A stretch of 64,000 bases of DNA, taken from NCBI RefSeq assembly GCF_009914755.1, contig NC_060927.1; one strand, 5' to 3'. Source of the stretch: the human T2T-CHM13v2.0 reference genome, Homo sapiens. The notes under the pieces were generated by a model. The model was given only the letters and a program-made list of their open reading frames with translations, ran no database searches and was not told where the DNA came from. This document shows positions 44,010 through 58,448 of this stretch, in pieces. Position numbers and translations under genes: made by a program. Position 1 is the stretch's first letter; each line of letters begins with the position of its first letter.

Positions 44010-45721
44010 CTATTAATATAACTAGCTTCCTCCTCCTTCCCCACTACCACTTAATAGTAATTCATGTTTTTTTCCCAATATATATACTTCTGCCTAATAT
44101 CATTTATCTGCCTAAAATATTACATTTTTAGAATTTGTCATAATGTATTTACTTAACTTAAGTAGTCTGTAACAGAGTGAGGTCATAAAGTGTTGAACAT
44201 TCTCGTTCTTGTGGTTCTCCCTTTATTCCTTTTTTTTTTGACATTAAGAAATACCGCCTGTAATTCAGGCTTACATTTTTGTGTCAGGAGGATTTGAGGT
44301 CTTTGCCTTGTGCAATCTTTGCATTCCTTTTTAATTCTTTTGTTTCTAAAGTGTAGCACTCCAGACATTAAATATCTGGGTCTAAATATAAGAATATTTT
44401 GCATTTTAATTTGCAGGGAAGAAAAATTATATTTTAAAGTCCACAGTTTCTGGCTTTTATTTACATATTTTGGACTACTTTGGTTATGCAGGGAGCACAG
44501 AAACATGCCTTAGCATTTGGATATTTATTATTTTCTAAGTATTAAGAACGTGGATGTTCTGCAGCATTGGAGAGATGTTTGAGAATGCTGGCCTGGCCTG
44601 GCCCTCAGAAGTTAATTTAGGGTTTTTAACTCTGGTGCAAATGCTTAGGTTACCGGCAGGGGGTTAATAAGTAAACCACAGAGAAGCCACAAAGGTGCCT
44701 ACATGTGGTTGTTGTGTAGTTTATCATTAGACCAGAAAGCGGGGGAAACAGCTGACCAACCAATTCACAGAAATTTATCATAATTGAGTGGTTAATGCAA
44801 GCATACTAAACAGATTAAATCTCAATAGTTTTTGTGTATACCCTGGTAGAAAAAGTAGTAACTGCTTACTTGCACATCGGAAACATGCTCATGGGATGTT
44901 AACGTGTTTGCATGCAGAAGCTTATGATGCAATGAGACTGAAATAATGAAAATGATGACAGTAAAAAGGAGAAAATGTAAAATGCATGCTAGTTGGTAAA
45001 AGAAAAAAGTCTTCTCTTTGCTTCCAAGGTATTTAAACTCTGAACAAACTGTGTGTGTTGTGGAATATATTGGGTTAGCGACCTTTCAGAATTAGGAAGA
45101 AGAAGTTGTATTTTTGAATATAGAAGGCCAGCATAATTACTCAGAGTACAGTAAATGTCCCTATCATTCTTTGAGTTTAATCTTAACATAATTAGCTCCT
45201 CGCACAATAGAGTGTTTAATTTGAAATGCTGCCAAGGCTCATTAAGTGAGAGAAGTACTTCCTGAGATCTCTGTTGTTAAATTTGGGATTTTTTGTATGA
45301 GATAATTTTCTCAAGAAGTGTTAGGGTATCAGAATTGTTGTTCATATTCTGACATTTATCACCCAAACTCACTGAAACACTTAACATTTTCTGTTTTATT
45401 GATGGAGCCTTTTATTAATATTGGGGAATTTGCTATGTCACATGGAAAGAAATTAATTTCCGAAGTCTTGACAAGCGTTCTGAGTGATAGGTCCATTTGC
45501 CCTGCTGTGCCTTCCCCACACAATAGCGATAGTAAATATGAGCTGGAAGGATTTATATGAGCTGGTAGGATTTAATTCTTCTATCTCTTCTTTTGGGTTC
45601 TGTTTGATTATTGATTTCTGAGTCAGGATAAGCAATACAAAATGTGAACACCAGTGTTTTGTTGTTGTTGTTTGTTTTTAGTTTGCATTTCTATTTTGGC
45701 TTGACTTGACATCTCCCCAGG

Positions 45722-46118
<397 letters not shown>

Positions 46119-46574
46119 TGATAGTTTATTACATGTATCAACTGACATGGTTTTACTAGTAAGGCGTCTTATTTTATAAGATCACTAACCTGTGCATACT
46201 AGAATTCCTTGGTCTTTGTAAGTACTTCTATATATTAACAGGAGGTAAATCTAATCGAGTATAAAAAACTGAAAAGTAATGATTATTAAGAACCAATATA
46301 AATTTACTAGGAACAAATCCTGTGACATTAACCCCATTTCCTTTTTTGATAAGTAATGAACCAAAGGTGTAAAAATTGCTCAGAAAAGTCATTGGACAGT
46401 GTGAGCTGCAGGACTATAATGCTGTTCACTTTACATGGTGATCAGACACCCTGAGTGTTGATTACCAAGGCAATAAAAACCTAGAGAGACAGATTTCTTG
46501 CTATGCTTCTAGGCTGTGTTTTTCTCTGCGTCCTCACGATCAGCTCATACTGCAATATTAGAGCAGTTTTAAGT

Positions 46575-47070
46575 CTTCTGATATAGGAACATGGGAGTCT
46601 TTTCCCATTTATCGAGGTCTTCTTTTCTTTCTTTCTACGGTTTTCTGTAGTTTTCAGTGTATAATTCTTGTATTTTGGGGGATAAACTTATTCCTAAATA
46701 TTTTATTCTTTTTGATTTTTTTTAAACGAAATTGTTTTCTTAATCTCATTTTTAGGTTAAATGAGATTAATCCAAAAACTGAATTTTATTCAGTCATATG
46801 TTACTTAATGACAGGGATATGTTCTGACACTTTGCTCAATTAGTTTATTGGATCTAATAGTTGTTTAGTAGATTTTAAATAATTTCTATATACAAGAGCA
46901 TGTCATCTGTGAGCAGAGGTGGTTTTAATTCTTCCTTTGCAATCTATATGCCTTTTATTTTTTCTTGCCTAATTGCTGTAACTAGAACCTCCAGTGCAGT
47001 GTTGAATAGAATAGTGAGAGTGGACATTCTTGCTTTCCTAATGGATTTTAGGGTTTATATCCTTCTACTA
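46575..47070 (-). mobile_element. L1M ORF2 fragment with an internal rearrangement at ~46752-46830
   Basis: ttattcctaaatattttattc...catgtcatctgtgagcaga...ctagaacctccagtgcagtgttgaataga. Confidence 0.8.
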
Positions 47071-47570
47071 TCTGTATGTATATTTTTATCCTAGCTCAGC
47101 TCCGTATGGTGCTTTGTATAAGCCTTTACGTTATAATGAAACAAATCAAAATTCCTTTTACAACTGAGAATGTCAAAAACTGAACCAAGGATTGTCTTCA
47201 CTACAGCCTATGGTTTTTCACATGAAGTATTCACTTCAAAAATGACCTAGTGATGGTTCCTTTGACAGGTCCCTTTGTATGCAGCTTTACTGCATTCTGT
47301 CATGAGACAGCACCACTAGTTTTTGATTCCAGTAATACAATGTCACATCTGGCAGGGATTTTTAAATTCATCTGTTTATCACATATTTATTGAGTGCTTA
47401 TCAAATACCAGGCATAATTGATGTTCTGGGGAAATAACAGTTAATAAGAAACTTAGAGTCTTGCTAGAGGCTGACAGATTAAGAAATTGACAAATGTAAA
47501 ATTTTTAGACTATCTCCCCACTGCTACCTTTTCTAGAATTTGTATTTTAGAATACATTTAGCAACGGACC

Positions 47571-47887
47571 GGCCGTGCACAATGGCTCATGCCGCACACA
47601 ATGGCTCATCCCAGAACTTCGGGAGACCAAGGCAAGTGGATTGCTTGAGCTCAGGAGTTTGAGATCAGCCTGGCCAACAGGGTGAAACCCCATCTCTACA
47701 AAAAATACAAAAATTAGCTGGGTGTGTTGGTGTAGGCCTGTGGTCCCAGCTACTTGTTGGGGGCGCTGAGGAAGGAGGATTGCTTGAGCTTGGAAAGTCG
47801 AAGCTGCAGTCAGCTGTGTTTGCGCCACTGCACCTCAGCTTGGGTGACAACGCGAACCCTGTCTCAAAAAAAAAAAAAAAAAAAAAA
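47571..47887 (+). mobile_element. AluJ with a small 5' internal duplication
   Basis: cacaatggctcat occurs twice; long poly-A tail. Confidence 0.95.
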
Positions 47888-50800
47888 GAGAGAGACCTAT
47901 GGCCAGGTGATGAGGTATGAAGCCATTTAATGCGAAGAAGAGCTAAAAGAATGAGAACGTGATTGCATGAAATGTTTAGCCAGAAATCTTGGGATATAGG
48001 AGAAGAGGGGGAGACTTGATTGATTAGGTTGTAAATATTTGTCCTATGGACCACGGTAACGTGGATTAGCATTCAGAGTAGTAACCAGTAGTGGGAGTTG
48101 GAGTCATAGAGTATTGGGTCTCTTTATCCCAGGAGATTTCCAATGGGGTCAGTTTCTACTGACCTTTTAGAGAGACCATGCTATGCTGTCTTTTTTTTTT
48201 TTTTTTAATTTTAAATTTTGTTATAGCCCCTATTAATCTTCATTCCACTCATTTGTTACCCTCTTGGCATTCTTAATATCATTTGTGGCCCTGTCCTTAT
48301 CATTTTACAAGGGTTTTTTTTTTCCAGATATAAAAATGTTTAATAAAATTTAAGCACATCAAATTTAACATCATATACAAAGAACAGTACTTTATAACAA
48401 AGTGAGGTTTACAAGGGGCTTGCTCTCTAAAAACAGCCTTCTTCTTTCCCGATAGATTGTAAGTCTGTGCTTGTAAAGTCATGATTCTCTGTGAGAAGAT
48501 GAATTGTATGCATGACTGTTTTACTATTGGTTACTACTGCATCTATCAACTTGGGGAGAAATGTATTAGAGACAAAATAAAATGGTTTTAATCTTAGAGA
48601 GAACAATGGTGGTGGTAACATCTGCCTTGCCAGCCTCCCAGGTAGAATCCCAGGTGGTGAGTCAGACGACTGTGAGTTTACAAATATGCAACACAGCAGC
48701 AATCGATGAACCTTCATGATGTGCTGGACGCTGTTTAGGGACCCAAATAGACCATTTCACCGTCACTGCATGCAGATCTGAAAGCTCCTGTTTTCTAAAG
48801 GAGGTTTTTCTAGCCATTTGGGTTTTCCATGAGCAAGTTAGTAATACAGTGAATGTGATAAAAGCTTCTATGAAGTTGACTAGATTTATTTTAGGTAAAG
48901 AACACTTTCCTCAAATACATTTACACAACTTCCTTCCTCTCCTCTCCCTCCTATATATAGAAATGAAGAGAGAACCTTAGCCCAGATACCTATCCTCTTG
49001 GCTTCCTTTTCATTGTCTTAGATGGTGCCTGATGAGCCTCTTCAGAACCATTGGACACAGTTGGAAAATCACAGGCTCTGATATACTTTGTAGATCTGTA
49101 TTCCTCCATAATAGTGTTTCCCAACCTCAACACTATTGACATTTTGGTTCCCCTGACAGTCCTGCCCAACTCTTTCAGTTCCAGTCATCATGTATATAAC
49201 TAGACCCGTGTATAGCAGAGCTACTGCTTTTCCTCATGGAGTCTCATGCTGGGGGTAAGAGCTTATGCGAAGGGAGTTCTACATTTGATTGACTCCTAGT
49301 TACATGCCATTACAACTGACAGTATACCCCCTTTTAAAGAAAATACATGTCAAGTCTTTCATCTTCTGAGAACAAAAACTGTGAACAACTTTCTGAATGG
49401 GAAAATCACTGGGCATTTTGAAATATAGTTAAAGAGTATTGGGGTAACTTATAAATGGTGGGTCAGTCAACTGCGTGTGTTGTTTACACAATTCCAGTGA
49501 CTAGTTGGGAAGTTGTTTCCTCTGAAAAGGGACTTGCTCAGCTGGAATTGCTTGCTAAAAGGCTAGGTTTGTTAAATAGATTTGTACTCTGTTTTGGGAA
49601 GCCAAAATGTCCCTGAAACTATACTGTTCTGAGATGACACAGTTTGAAATTAGGTGAAAGCATTTACTATGGAGTTGCTCTTAATTAAATTTGAAAGATG
49701 AGTCATTGATCTTGGAGATGATGATTTGTCATAATTCTATCTTGGTGGCAGAGTTAGTATGAGGTACTAAGGGCTTTTATTTAAGCTGTGTGCCATCTCA
49801 CTTATTTGTGTTTTTCTACAAAAGTCCTGCATACTTCCATGAATGTCAAAAGTGATGTCTTAGAATTACATATCTAAATACCTTGCACATCATGCTAGTT
49901 GGCCTCTTAATTCAGAGTATTCGTCTCTGGATTTGAATCCCTGTGCCACTGCTTGTTCACCTGTCTGTCTTTCCCATTGGATTGAGTAGTCCAGAGTACA
50001 TGTTTTTGTTTGTTTCTGTATCATACGTGTTTCTAAAAAGACTAGACCCACAGGAGGTATTTGCTGATTAAATGGGTGCCCCATTCTCCTCTGTTCTTCT
50101 TCTAAAATCTCCTTCAGTATTCAGCCTTCATTTTCCATTTCCTCTGCTGCCATCTCAGGCCTCTGCCATCTTGGCTGGGGATTCTACTAGATGCTTAATG
50201 GTTACCCCAGTGCCACTCTTCTCCTTAGCAGACAGAGCTCACTTTGCAACCTTCAACCCCTGTGTTCAAAACTTCTCATTATGGCTGGTGACATGCACAG
50301 ATGGTCACCAACAGCTCAATACTGTGGCATTTCGCACAGGTGAGGTGTTCAAGCTGGGCCTCCAGGGTGTCTGTCCTTGGGGACTTTTTCCTTTTATCTT
50401 TAATTATCATTGTAAAGGTTTATCTTTACAATGTAACTTGAAGAAGCTTAGAATAATGATGAAAAAATTATTTGCTGAACACCATGCACTGTCTTCTGAC
50501 CAAACCACCCCTCCACTTATGGTCTTATTAATACATCAGGTCCTTTGTCACCTGTGTACTGGGGAGGCTCCTGATGTTCCTTGTTTCTGTGTGCCCTTCC
50601 CTGTGGTTCTCCACCTGGGGTCTAACGGTGCAAAAGTCCTGTCCTCCAGAAACTTTTCCTGGATTGTTCCAGGAGGAATAACTTCTCCTGCTAGGATGTC
50701 CTTTAAAAATACCTGTAAAGTAAGAGTCCTTATTTAGTAATTCAAAACTCCTCTCGTTCCAGAAAAGGAATTAAAATAGCTTACAGGAATATGTAAGAGT

Positions 50801-50946
50801 CAATAAGAATTCCATGGGGACAAAAAAATAGTATCTGTGTGTTAGGATATAAAACAGGGCCAGAAATGAGATTAATATAAAAATACATATCATGAAGTTT
50901 GAGATACCTTTTATGGGTTGAAATAGTTACCTTGTCAAAGTCGCTC

Positions 50947-51241
50947 TTTTTTTGGAAGGCAGGGTGGAGTGGGGCCAGGTCTCACTCTGTCACCCAGGCT
51001 GGTAGTGCAGTGGCACAATCACAGCGCACTGTAGCCCCTACCTCTCAGGCTTAAGCAATCCTCCCCACCCCAGCCTCTCAAGTAGTTGAGACTATAGGCA
51101 TGTACCAGCATACCTAGCTAATTTCTGTTTTTGTTTTTTGTAGAGACAGGGTCTTACCATGTTGCTCAGGCTGTTCTTGAACTCCTGGCCTCAAGCAATC
51201 CTGCCACCTTGGCCTTCCGAAGTGTTGGGATTACAGGTGTA
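50947..51241 (-). mobile_element. AluJ, 5' end missing
   Basis: tctcactctgtcacccaggctgg...gggattacaggtgt, then unique DNA. Confidence 0.93.
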
Positions 51242-52896
51242 CAACATTCTTAGTTGTATGCTTGTTTTCTTTGCTTACAAGCTTTTGGTGGTTTAAAATG
51301 GCAGAAGACATTGGACAATCCATGACATACTTAGGACATTTATAGTCACCTCTTTCTTCTTGACTCTGCTAAATTGTTTTGGGAGTTTTACATTTTTTCT
51401 CCTGAGCCGTTTCTTTATCCCCCTTTCGAAACCTAGCTGTATGGTTGCTAAATTGATAATTATGTTACTCCAATCAAATGCTGTAAGTGGCAGAATAGTG
51501 ATTTAGTAATTGGGTTAAAGTTAGTGTGCTTCACTTTAATATGAAGGCACATGGTATACCAGCTCGGTGAAATGAATATTAAGATTATAAGGTTATCTGA
51601 GCATATGTTGGGTCAGCCCTCAGGGAATTGAGTCTGGTGGGGAAGATAGCAAAAGTTATATAAACAAACAAATGCATTAAATGATTAGAAATTGTGTCAA
51701 GTCATGTGGAGGAAAGTTTTGATAGAGTTGACCTGCCTAGAAGAAAAGACTATGGAAGTTCTTTTCAAGATTGCATTTAAGGTGAATCAAGAAAAGTGAG
51801 AAGATACAAGGTTTTGCTTGTTTTCGTAGGATGTTGTCCTTGGTGGAGGACCAGTTTACACAGAGACTTCCGGGCTGGCAATGGTTTGATGTGTTCAGAA
51901 AGGTGAAGAATGTCCACATAATTGGAATGATACTTTAACTTTTCTTCTTTGGAAAAGTTGAAATTCTCTTTAAGGGCATGAAGTTTATTTACCTTTCAAG
52001 GGCCTCGTCTCTTCTTGATTTGAAAAAGCAGGTACAAGGCTACATTGTGGTTCAAGTTTTCCACTTGCCATTACTACTAAACTCTAAGGGGAGTGATCTT
52101 CAAATTGGATTCCTGACAGATTTAAAATTCCCCTAGCAAAAGAAAACCCCAGGGGAAAAACATGGTTAAAGCTAAGGAAAGTGGGATGCCTCAGGTTTAA
52201 TCAGAGTACCTGTTCTCCTGCCCAGAGTCGCTTACAGATCTGTCCTGCGTGTGCATTTGGTAAATAATCTTGATGTGTGGTGTTTGCTTTCATTGTCGGC
52301 TGTAGTAAAATGTCATTTATTGCACCCTGCCAATTTGAAAATCGTGCTCTTTTATGAAAATACAAGTAGATGAGGTGTAGAGGTGAGGTTTTTGCTGTCT
52401 TTTCACTCAATTTGTAAATTTCATAGATCATATAACGGTAAACTATGACAGTTTGCTTAGAAGCAGACACTGGGCAAAATGTATTCTGAATTTTGACTGC
52501 AGATCTCTATTCTGCTGTTTGTTTCAAAAAACCACCTGTGTGGATTTCTTTTTTACTACTGTAGAATATTTGGAAAATATGCTGAAGATTACAGAGGCAA
52601 AAATGATTATCCATACTTCTGCCCCCAAGAGCTAGCCACTGTCGGTGTTTTTTTTTTAATTTCTTTTCCTATTTGTACATATGCACATTAATTCACGTGA
52701 GGACTCGTGTATGTGCAGTCTTGCTATCCTACTTCGTTGTTATCCTCTCACATTTAACCCCAATATGTTTACACCAATTGCAATAAAGGCCAGATGTTAA
52801 AGGTCAAACAATCCATTTTATCAATGGTAATGCTATATTGGACAACACAGTTTGGATCTACCAATACAGTGGAGCATTTATAGACTCACTCTTTTC

Positions 52897-53146
52897 CTTC
52901 TCTCCTCTCCTCTCCTCTCCTCTCCTCTCCTCTCCTCTCCTCTCCTCTCCTCTCCACTCCTCCCCTCCCCTCCCCTCCCCTCCCCTCTCCTCTCCTCTCC
53001 TCTCCTCTGCTCCCCTCTCCTCCCCCCCCTCCCCTCCCCTCCTGTCCCCCTCCCCTCTCCCCTCCCCTCCCCCTCCCCTCCCCCTCCCTCCTCCCCCCTC
53101 CCCTCCCCCTCCCTCCTCCCCTCCCCTCTCCTCTCCTCTCCTCTCT
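52897..53146. repeat. ~250-bp (CTCTC)n/(CCCCT)n polypyrimidine tract forming the tail of an antisense Alu arm
   Basis: Almost pure C/T; abuts gacagggtcttgctctg. Confidence 0.97.
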
Positions 53147-53285
53147 CGACAGGGTCTTGCTCTGTCACCCAGACTACAGTGCAGTGGCACTATCGTAGCT
53201 CTCTAGGGACTTGAACTCCTGGACTCAAGTGCAGTTCCCGCCTCAGCTTGAGTAACTGGGACTATAGGCATGTGTCACCTCACCT
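53147..53285 (-). mobile_element. AluJ right arm / FRAM
   Basis: gacagggtcttgctctgtcacccag...gggactataggcatgtgtcacc; no left arm. Confidence 0.88.
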
Positions 53286-55519
53286 TTCACCACCTTTTTG
53301 TTGGGTCTAAATCTTGGGACCTGTTTAATACAGAGCTGGGGTAGGTAGGGTAGATTCTTATTCAGCCAGCTACACTGATAGTCATTTTCTTACACTTCTG
53401 GTGCCTTCAGAATGGACCACAGGTAGATGGAAGACACCACATGCACACACAGGGAGAGAGGGAAACCCTGGACACTGACCCAGGACAACTCGAGCACCAC
53501 CCCCTGACATGTCATGTACTACTTGGAGAAAGAGAGAGGAGAACCTATCATGGAAAAGTTATCCCACAGTTTAGATAACTTGGAAGATAACTTCGCTATT
53601 CCTGCTCGATCCTTCCTTCCAATTTCAAATCAGAAGAACTGTCTTCCTTCTGAGGAAGAAAAGTGGGTAAGTGGATTCAGGTGGAGAAATTATAACCATA
53701 ACCCTCCTCTTATAGGAGATGGAGGTTAAAACTGTTACTTTTTATGGCTACTTGAGGAGACACACAAAAGTAAACCTTTCTGCATTGAGTTTTCAAGTCT
53801 CAATGACTACCTAGTAGTTCATTTACTTACCTATATTTGTATATTCCTCTTTTTGTAGAGAGTATTTTTGAATATTTTGGTTTGAGATCATGGGGAAATC
53901 GTTGCACTGATCAGTGACTAGGAGTCAGTAAGATAGTGTTGAAGGATATTGATGTCTGATGTTGGATGGTCTACAACTTGTCCTGTATGCCTTCCCCGCC
54001 CTGCCCCTTGCCACCTCCACTGCTGTTAGGATCTGCAGAAGTCAAAGGTGGAAAGACAGAAAGCTTCAATCAGGAAGATGGGGAGTTAACAGGTAGGGCT
54101 GTTTGATGCAAGACATATTGCTGGGTATGTACCTCCTAGCTACCCATGGCCCCAAACTATTTTGAACTACATTAACTAGCTTTTCCATTTTCTGTTTCTT
54201 TCCAAATTTGTGTTTTATAGATAATCTTCTTCCAAATAGAAGGTTTTTATTTTCTGCTTAATTGGGTGTAAACAGTTGATTACATGTTTGCTTCATAGAC
54301 TCTCTGTATCCTGGAATTTTTCTGCTGTTAGAGAATTGATCAGAAGAGGACTGGACTTTTTTTTTTTTTAAGTGAAGCTTTGATTAGGGACGAGGTCAAA
54401 CAGCGCACAGTGTTCATGGACGATCAAGCAAACCAGTGAAGCATCTTGTGTGCGCTACTAATATCTTGTGTGCGCCACTAGTAAGAGGAAACATCTCTTA
54501 TTTTCTGATTGTTTTCCACTTAAGCATTATCTCGGAAAACTATTTTTAAAGTATAACCATAGCATGCATATATATATATATATTTTTAATGCCATCATCA
54601 AACACTCATTTCAGCCTGGTAAGACAATTTCAGCCCTTGGTGAGGAGAGAAGGAAAGTTGAAAAAGAAAATTCACAGGACGATACTCTGCTGTGATTTCT
54701 AAGCCCCTGGCAATCATTTCTTTGCTCTAACTAAGAGCCATTAAACCAGTTCTAACAAGAGCTCTAGACATAGTGAAAAACACATGCTAAGAATAAAGAG
54801 TCCAGCAAAACTTTGAAGATTTTCTCACTTAGAGATTTCCCAGTGTACTGTTTACAAACATGTCCCCAGTCTTGAAGTGTATTCAGATTTCTTTAGGCTA
54901 GGAAAACAAAACAAAAAACCAAACCAAATGCAGACACACACCAGAAAGGAAGTTCCTTTACCAATTCATGAAATTCTGGGAACTTTTTATGTGAGCTGCT
55001 ATTTAACCTTTTGATTGCTGTGTGGTAGTTTTGGACAGTAATCACATTACGTGGTTTGACTACTGTTGTTTTGCAAATTCTATGCCATATATTACCAGAC
55101 CTTGATTATGGATGATGGCTTTCAGTAAGTTAAAAAAAAAAAAAGGCTGATGGTTAAATCATCCATATTTATTTAGGGCAAAAATGAAGACCTCAGAGTA
55201 TCTTTGCATATATTCTTTATTCTTAAAGAAAAATTAATACACCACTCATCTATATTGCTGAGGTCACATTCCTGGAAATGCAAAGATATTAGAGGAACAT
55301 TACTTAAAATCTAATTTTTCACAGGGACAACGTTATAGATTCAGTCAGAGAGCTCTGGAGAATACCAAAATGGATTAAAGTAAGTCCAAGTAAAAAAACC
55401 AAAAAACAACAAACATAGAGCCAAAGTCAAAGACACAGAAGGCGCTAAAATAGGTATTATGTGATGGTGAATCACGTCTTCCTCTATACTGTGAAGAGGT
55501 TTTGGAGTACCTTTGTATT

Positions 55520-56830
55520 ATTTTATAATTTCAAACTTAGAGAAAAGTTGAAAGAAAAGTACAAAAACCGTCTGTATACTTTTGATCTAGTTTCACTAAT
55601 TTTTAAATCTTTGTGTGTGTGTGTGTGTGTGTGTCTGTCTGTCCGTCTGTGTGTATTTATTAGTGAAGTTTTAGACGTATTATGCCCCTTTACTTTTAAA
55701 TAATTTTCTATTTCTGTTCTAGGAAAATGGGTTGTTTTTTTTGTTTGTTTGTTTGTTGTTTTTGAGAGGGGCTCTTCCTCTGTCGCCCAGGCTGGAGTGC
55801 AGTGGTGCAATCTAGGCTCACTGCAAGCTCCACCTCCCGGGTTCACGCCATTTTCCTGCCTCAGCCTCCCGAGTAGCTGGGACTGGCCCCTGCCACTATG
55901 CGCGGCTAATTTTTTTGTATTTTTAGTAGAGACGGGGTTTCACCTTGTTAGCCAGGATGGTCTCGATCTCCTGACCTTGCGATCCGCCCGCCTTGGCCTC
56001 TCAAAGTGCTGGGATTACACGCTTGAGCCACAGTACCCAGCCAAAAAAAGGTATTTTCTTACATAACAAAAGTATAGTTATCTGAATTGAGGAGTTCAGT
56101 GTTGGTATGATTTTATTCTCTCAATCCTTATTCTAAGTTTCAATCTCAGCCTTTGTCTCTTTGTTCCTATTATAGGAGATTTCTTCCCAAGCCAGATCAT
56201 ACATTGCATTTTGTTGTCATGTCTTTTTAGTCTCTCTTAATCTGGAACTGTTCCTGAGTCTGTCTTTGAATCTTATGAAATTGACATTTTGAAGAGTATA
56301 TGGCAGTTATTTTGCAGAATGTCTCTCAAATTAGGTTTCCCTGATACTTCTTTGTGATTTGATTTGGGTCATGCAGGAATAATTATTAGTGATATTGTGT
56401 TTTTCTCAGTGCATATCAGGAGGCAGTGGATGCCAGTTTATAAAATTTCTCAACTGTAAAGCTAATAATGTTTTCTCAAGTTAAAGTGACTTGTAAGATG
56501 ATACTTTGAATCTGTGTAAATACCATATTTTTCATCGAACCTTTACCCATTAACTTGAATATACTTTGATAATTGTTGCTATTACTATTATGGTTGCCAA
56601 GTGGTGGTTTTCTAACTCTGTGATTTCTATATATGTATTTCTGTACCTTTGTTGTCATTCTACTGGAAAGAAGCACTTTATTTCCTCCTCTAGTTATTTA
56701 TTCGTTTGACTTTATCATTGGGGCTCATGTATTCTTGCCTTATTCGGTGGGTTATAATATATTACTATTGTTATTTTGCTGTTCAAATTGATTGTCCCAG
56801 ATTTGGCGAGTGTGCTCTCTTCAAGCTGAT
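55520..56830 (-). mobile_element. L1MC/ME 3' region split by an AluY; includes (TG)n at ~55612-55634
   Basis: ttttataatttcaaacttagagaaaagttgaaagaa...acattgcattttgttgtcatgtctttttagtctc...ttttgcagaatgtctctcaa. Confidence 0.8.
55731..56043 (-). mobile_element. Alu (AluY-like)
   Basis: gcaagctcc...gggttcacgccatt and gttagccaggatggtctcgatctcc are Y-type diagnostics. Confidence 0.93.
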
Positions 56831-58448
56831 CATTGTGTTATATATCCATGACCCTAACTTGTACATGTCTAACTTGATTAGCAAAGTTAAATTTTAACAT
56901 GATAGTGACATGTTTACATACTCAGTAATGTGAAAACTTAGCCATTAAAGTGTTGCCGTGTTATCTCCGTTAGTATTTTTATGTTGCCCATATGAAAAGC
57001 TGTTGTTATTATTTCTGGTTTGTATGCTTGAGTCGTTAGCTCATTTGAACATTACAGTCTACTTAAAGCTAATTTACATTGTTTTAAAATGGAATCTTCC
57101 TGTAGGTGGATGGTTTTTAAGGAGGGATGGCATCACACTCTTCCCCAGAAATCAATCATGCCTTCTTAAACTATTTCCATCCTAAACTGCAGATGTGATT
57201 TAGTGTGTATTTTCTTCTTGTTATTTTAATGTTTAGCTTATTTCCCTTGTCAGTTCTGGAGAAGGCCAATATTCGTAATCTGGATTTAATTAAAAACACC
57301 AACTTATAATACAGAGACATACCTGCAAACAAGAATGTCAGAGAAACGGATGATGGGGGGCATTCTCTCTGAAACACATGGAATTATTTTAGCAAGTATT
57401 CTGTTAAGGGGCCTCCAAATCAAGAGATTTTGCACATAACTATTCTCATACTTTTTGTACGAAGATATTTTAAGTTTTTCCCACTTAAGCTTTTCTGCAG
57501 AGTATATGAGGACAGCTGTTGCATTCTTTTTAGTAACAAAGTGTGATTCATTTTGCAGTCTGAAGGTCAGACTTGAAACTCAATTATTATCCTTAAAGTA
57601 TTTATTAGATGGAAAATTATCCATAGCTTAGTATTTAAGGTTAACTGAATGGCCAGATTTAACTAAAGTAACAATTTAGTGAAGGATGTTGTCATTCATT
57701 CTTTGGTTCTCCTTTTCTGTGAATGTATCTTAGTCTGTTTGATTAACCAAGCGCAGCACTTTGCTGTGCAAGGCGATGGTCAGTGGAAGTATTTATGGGT
57801 TTTGGGCGGGTTTCTTGTTCTTTGTTTTTTTTTTGTTTTTTTTTTTTTTAGGGTCAGGTTTTTTCAATTTTCCTTTCAGGTCCTAACTCAGTAACTCCAT
57901 AGTCTTTGAGCAAAGATGCCTGGAAGCTTTGGCAACAACAAAAGAACAAACATTCCTTGAAGCAGCTATTTTTATAATAATGTTAATATTTTAACAGGTA
58001 TTTTACTACCTTCTATCCATTTTTGTTCTAAACATGCAGTGACTTGAAATAATTTCCACCTCCAACTGCTGAATTTGAGAAAGAGTTTTCAGTGTAAAAA
58101 TTGACTTTTAAAAAAAGTCTAAACCCAACTTGAGCCCTACTCCAGCCTTCAGGTTTGAAATCCATGTCAGTGCTTGTCATTTGAGAGCATGAGTCCTTTC
58201 TACCTGCCATTCAGCTTTTGAAAGGAGACATTGCTTATGTAAGTGTGAGAGAATGCGAAGCATTCTACAAATAATGTTTTGTTACTTTACATCCATATGA
58301 AAAGATAGCTCTTTGTTTTATAATTAGTAAGTACTTTTGCCAACTTTGATGAGTTTAATATTACATTTTATTCTTGAAAATTTGATGTTTTTACGGATAG
58401 CAACTTTTTTTTCCAGATATATATGTTGCATGTTTAAAAATTTTTTAA

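Noticed and set aside
52838-53214. Pro/Ser-rich and Gly/Glu/Arg-rich ORFs
   Set aside because: Translations of the (CTCTC)/(CCCCT) simple repeat
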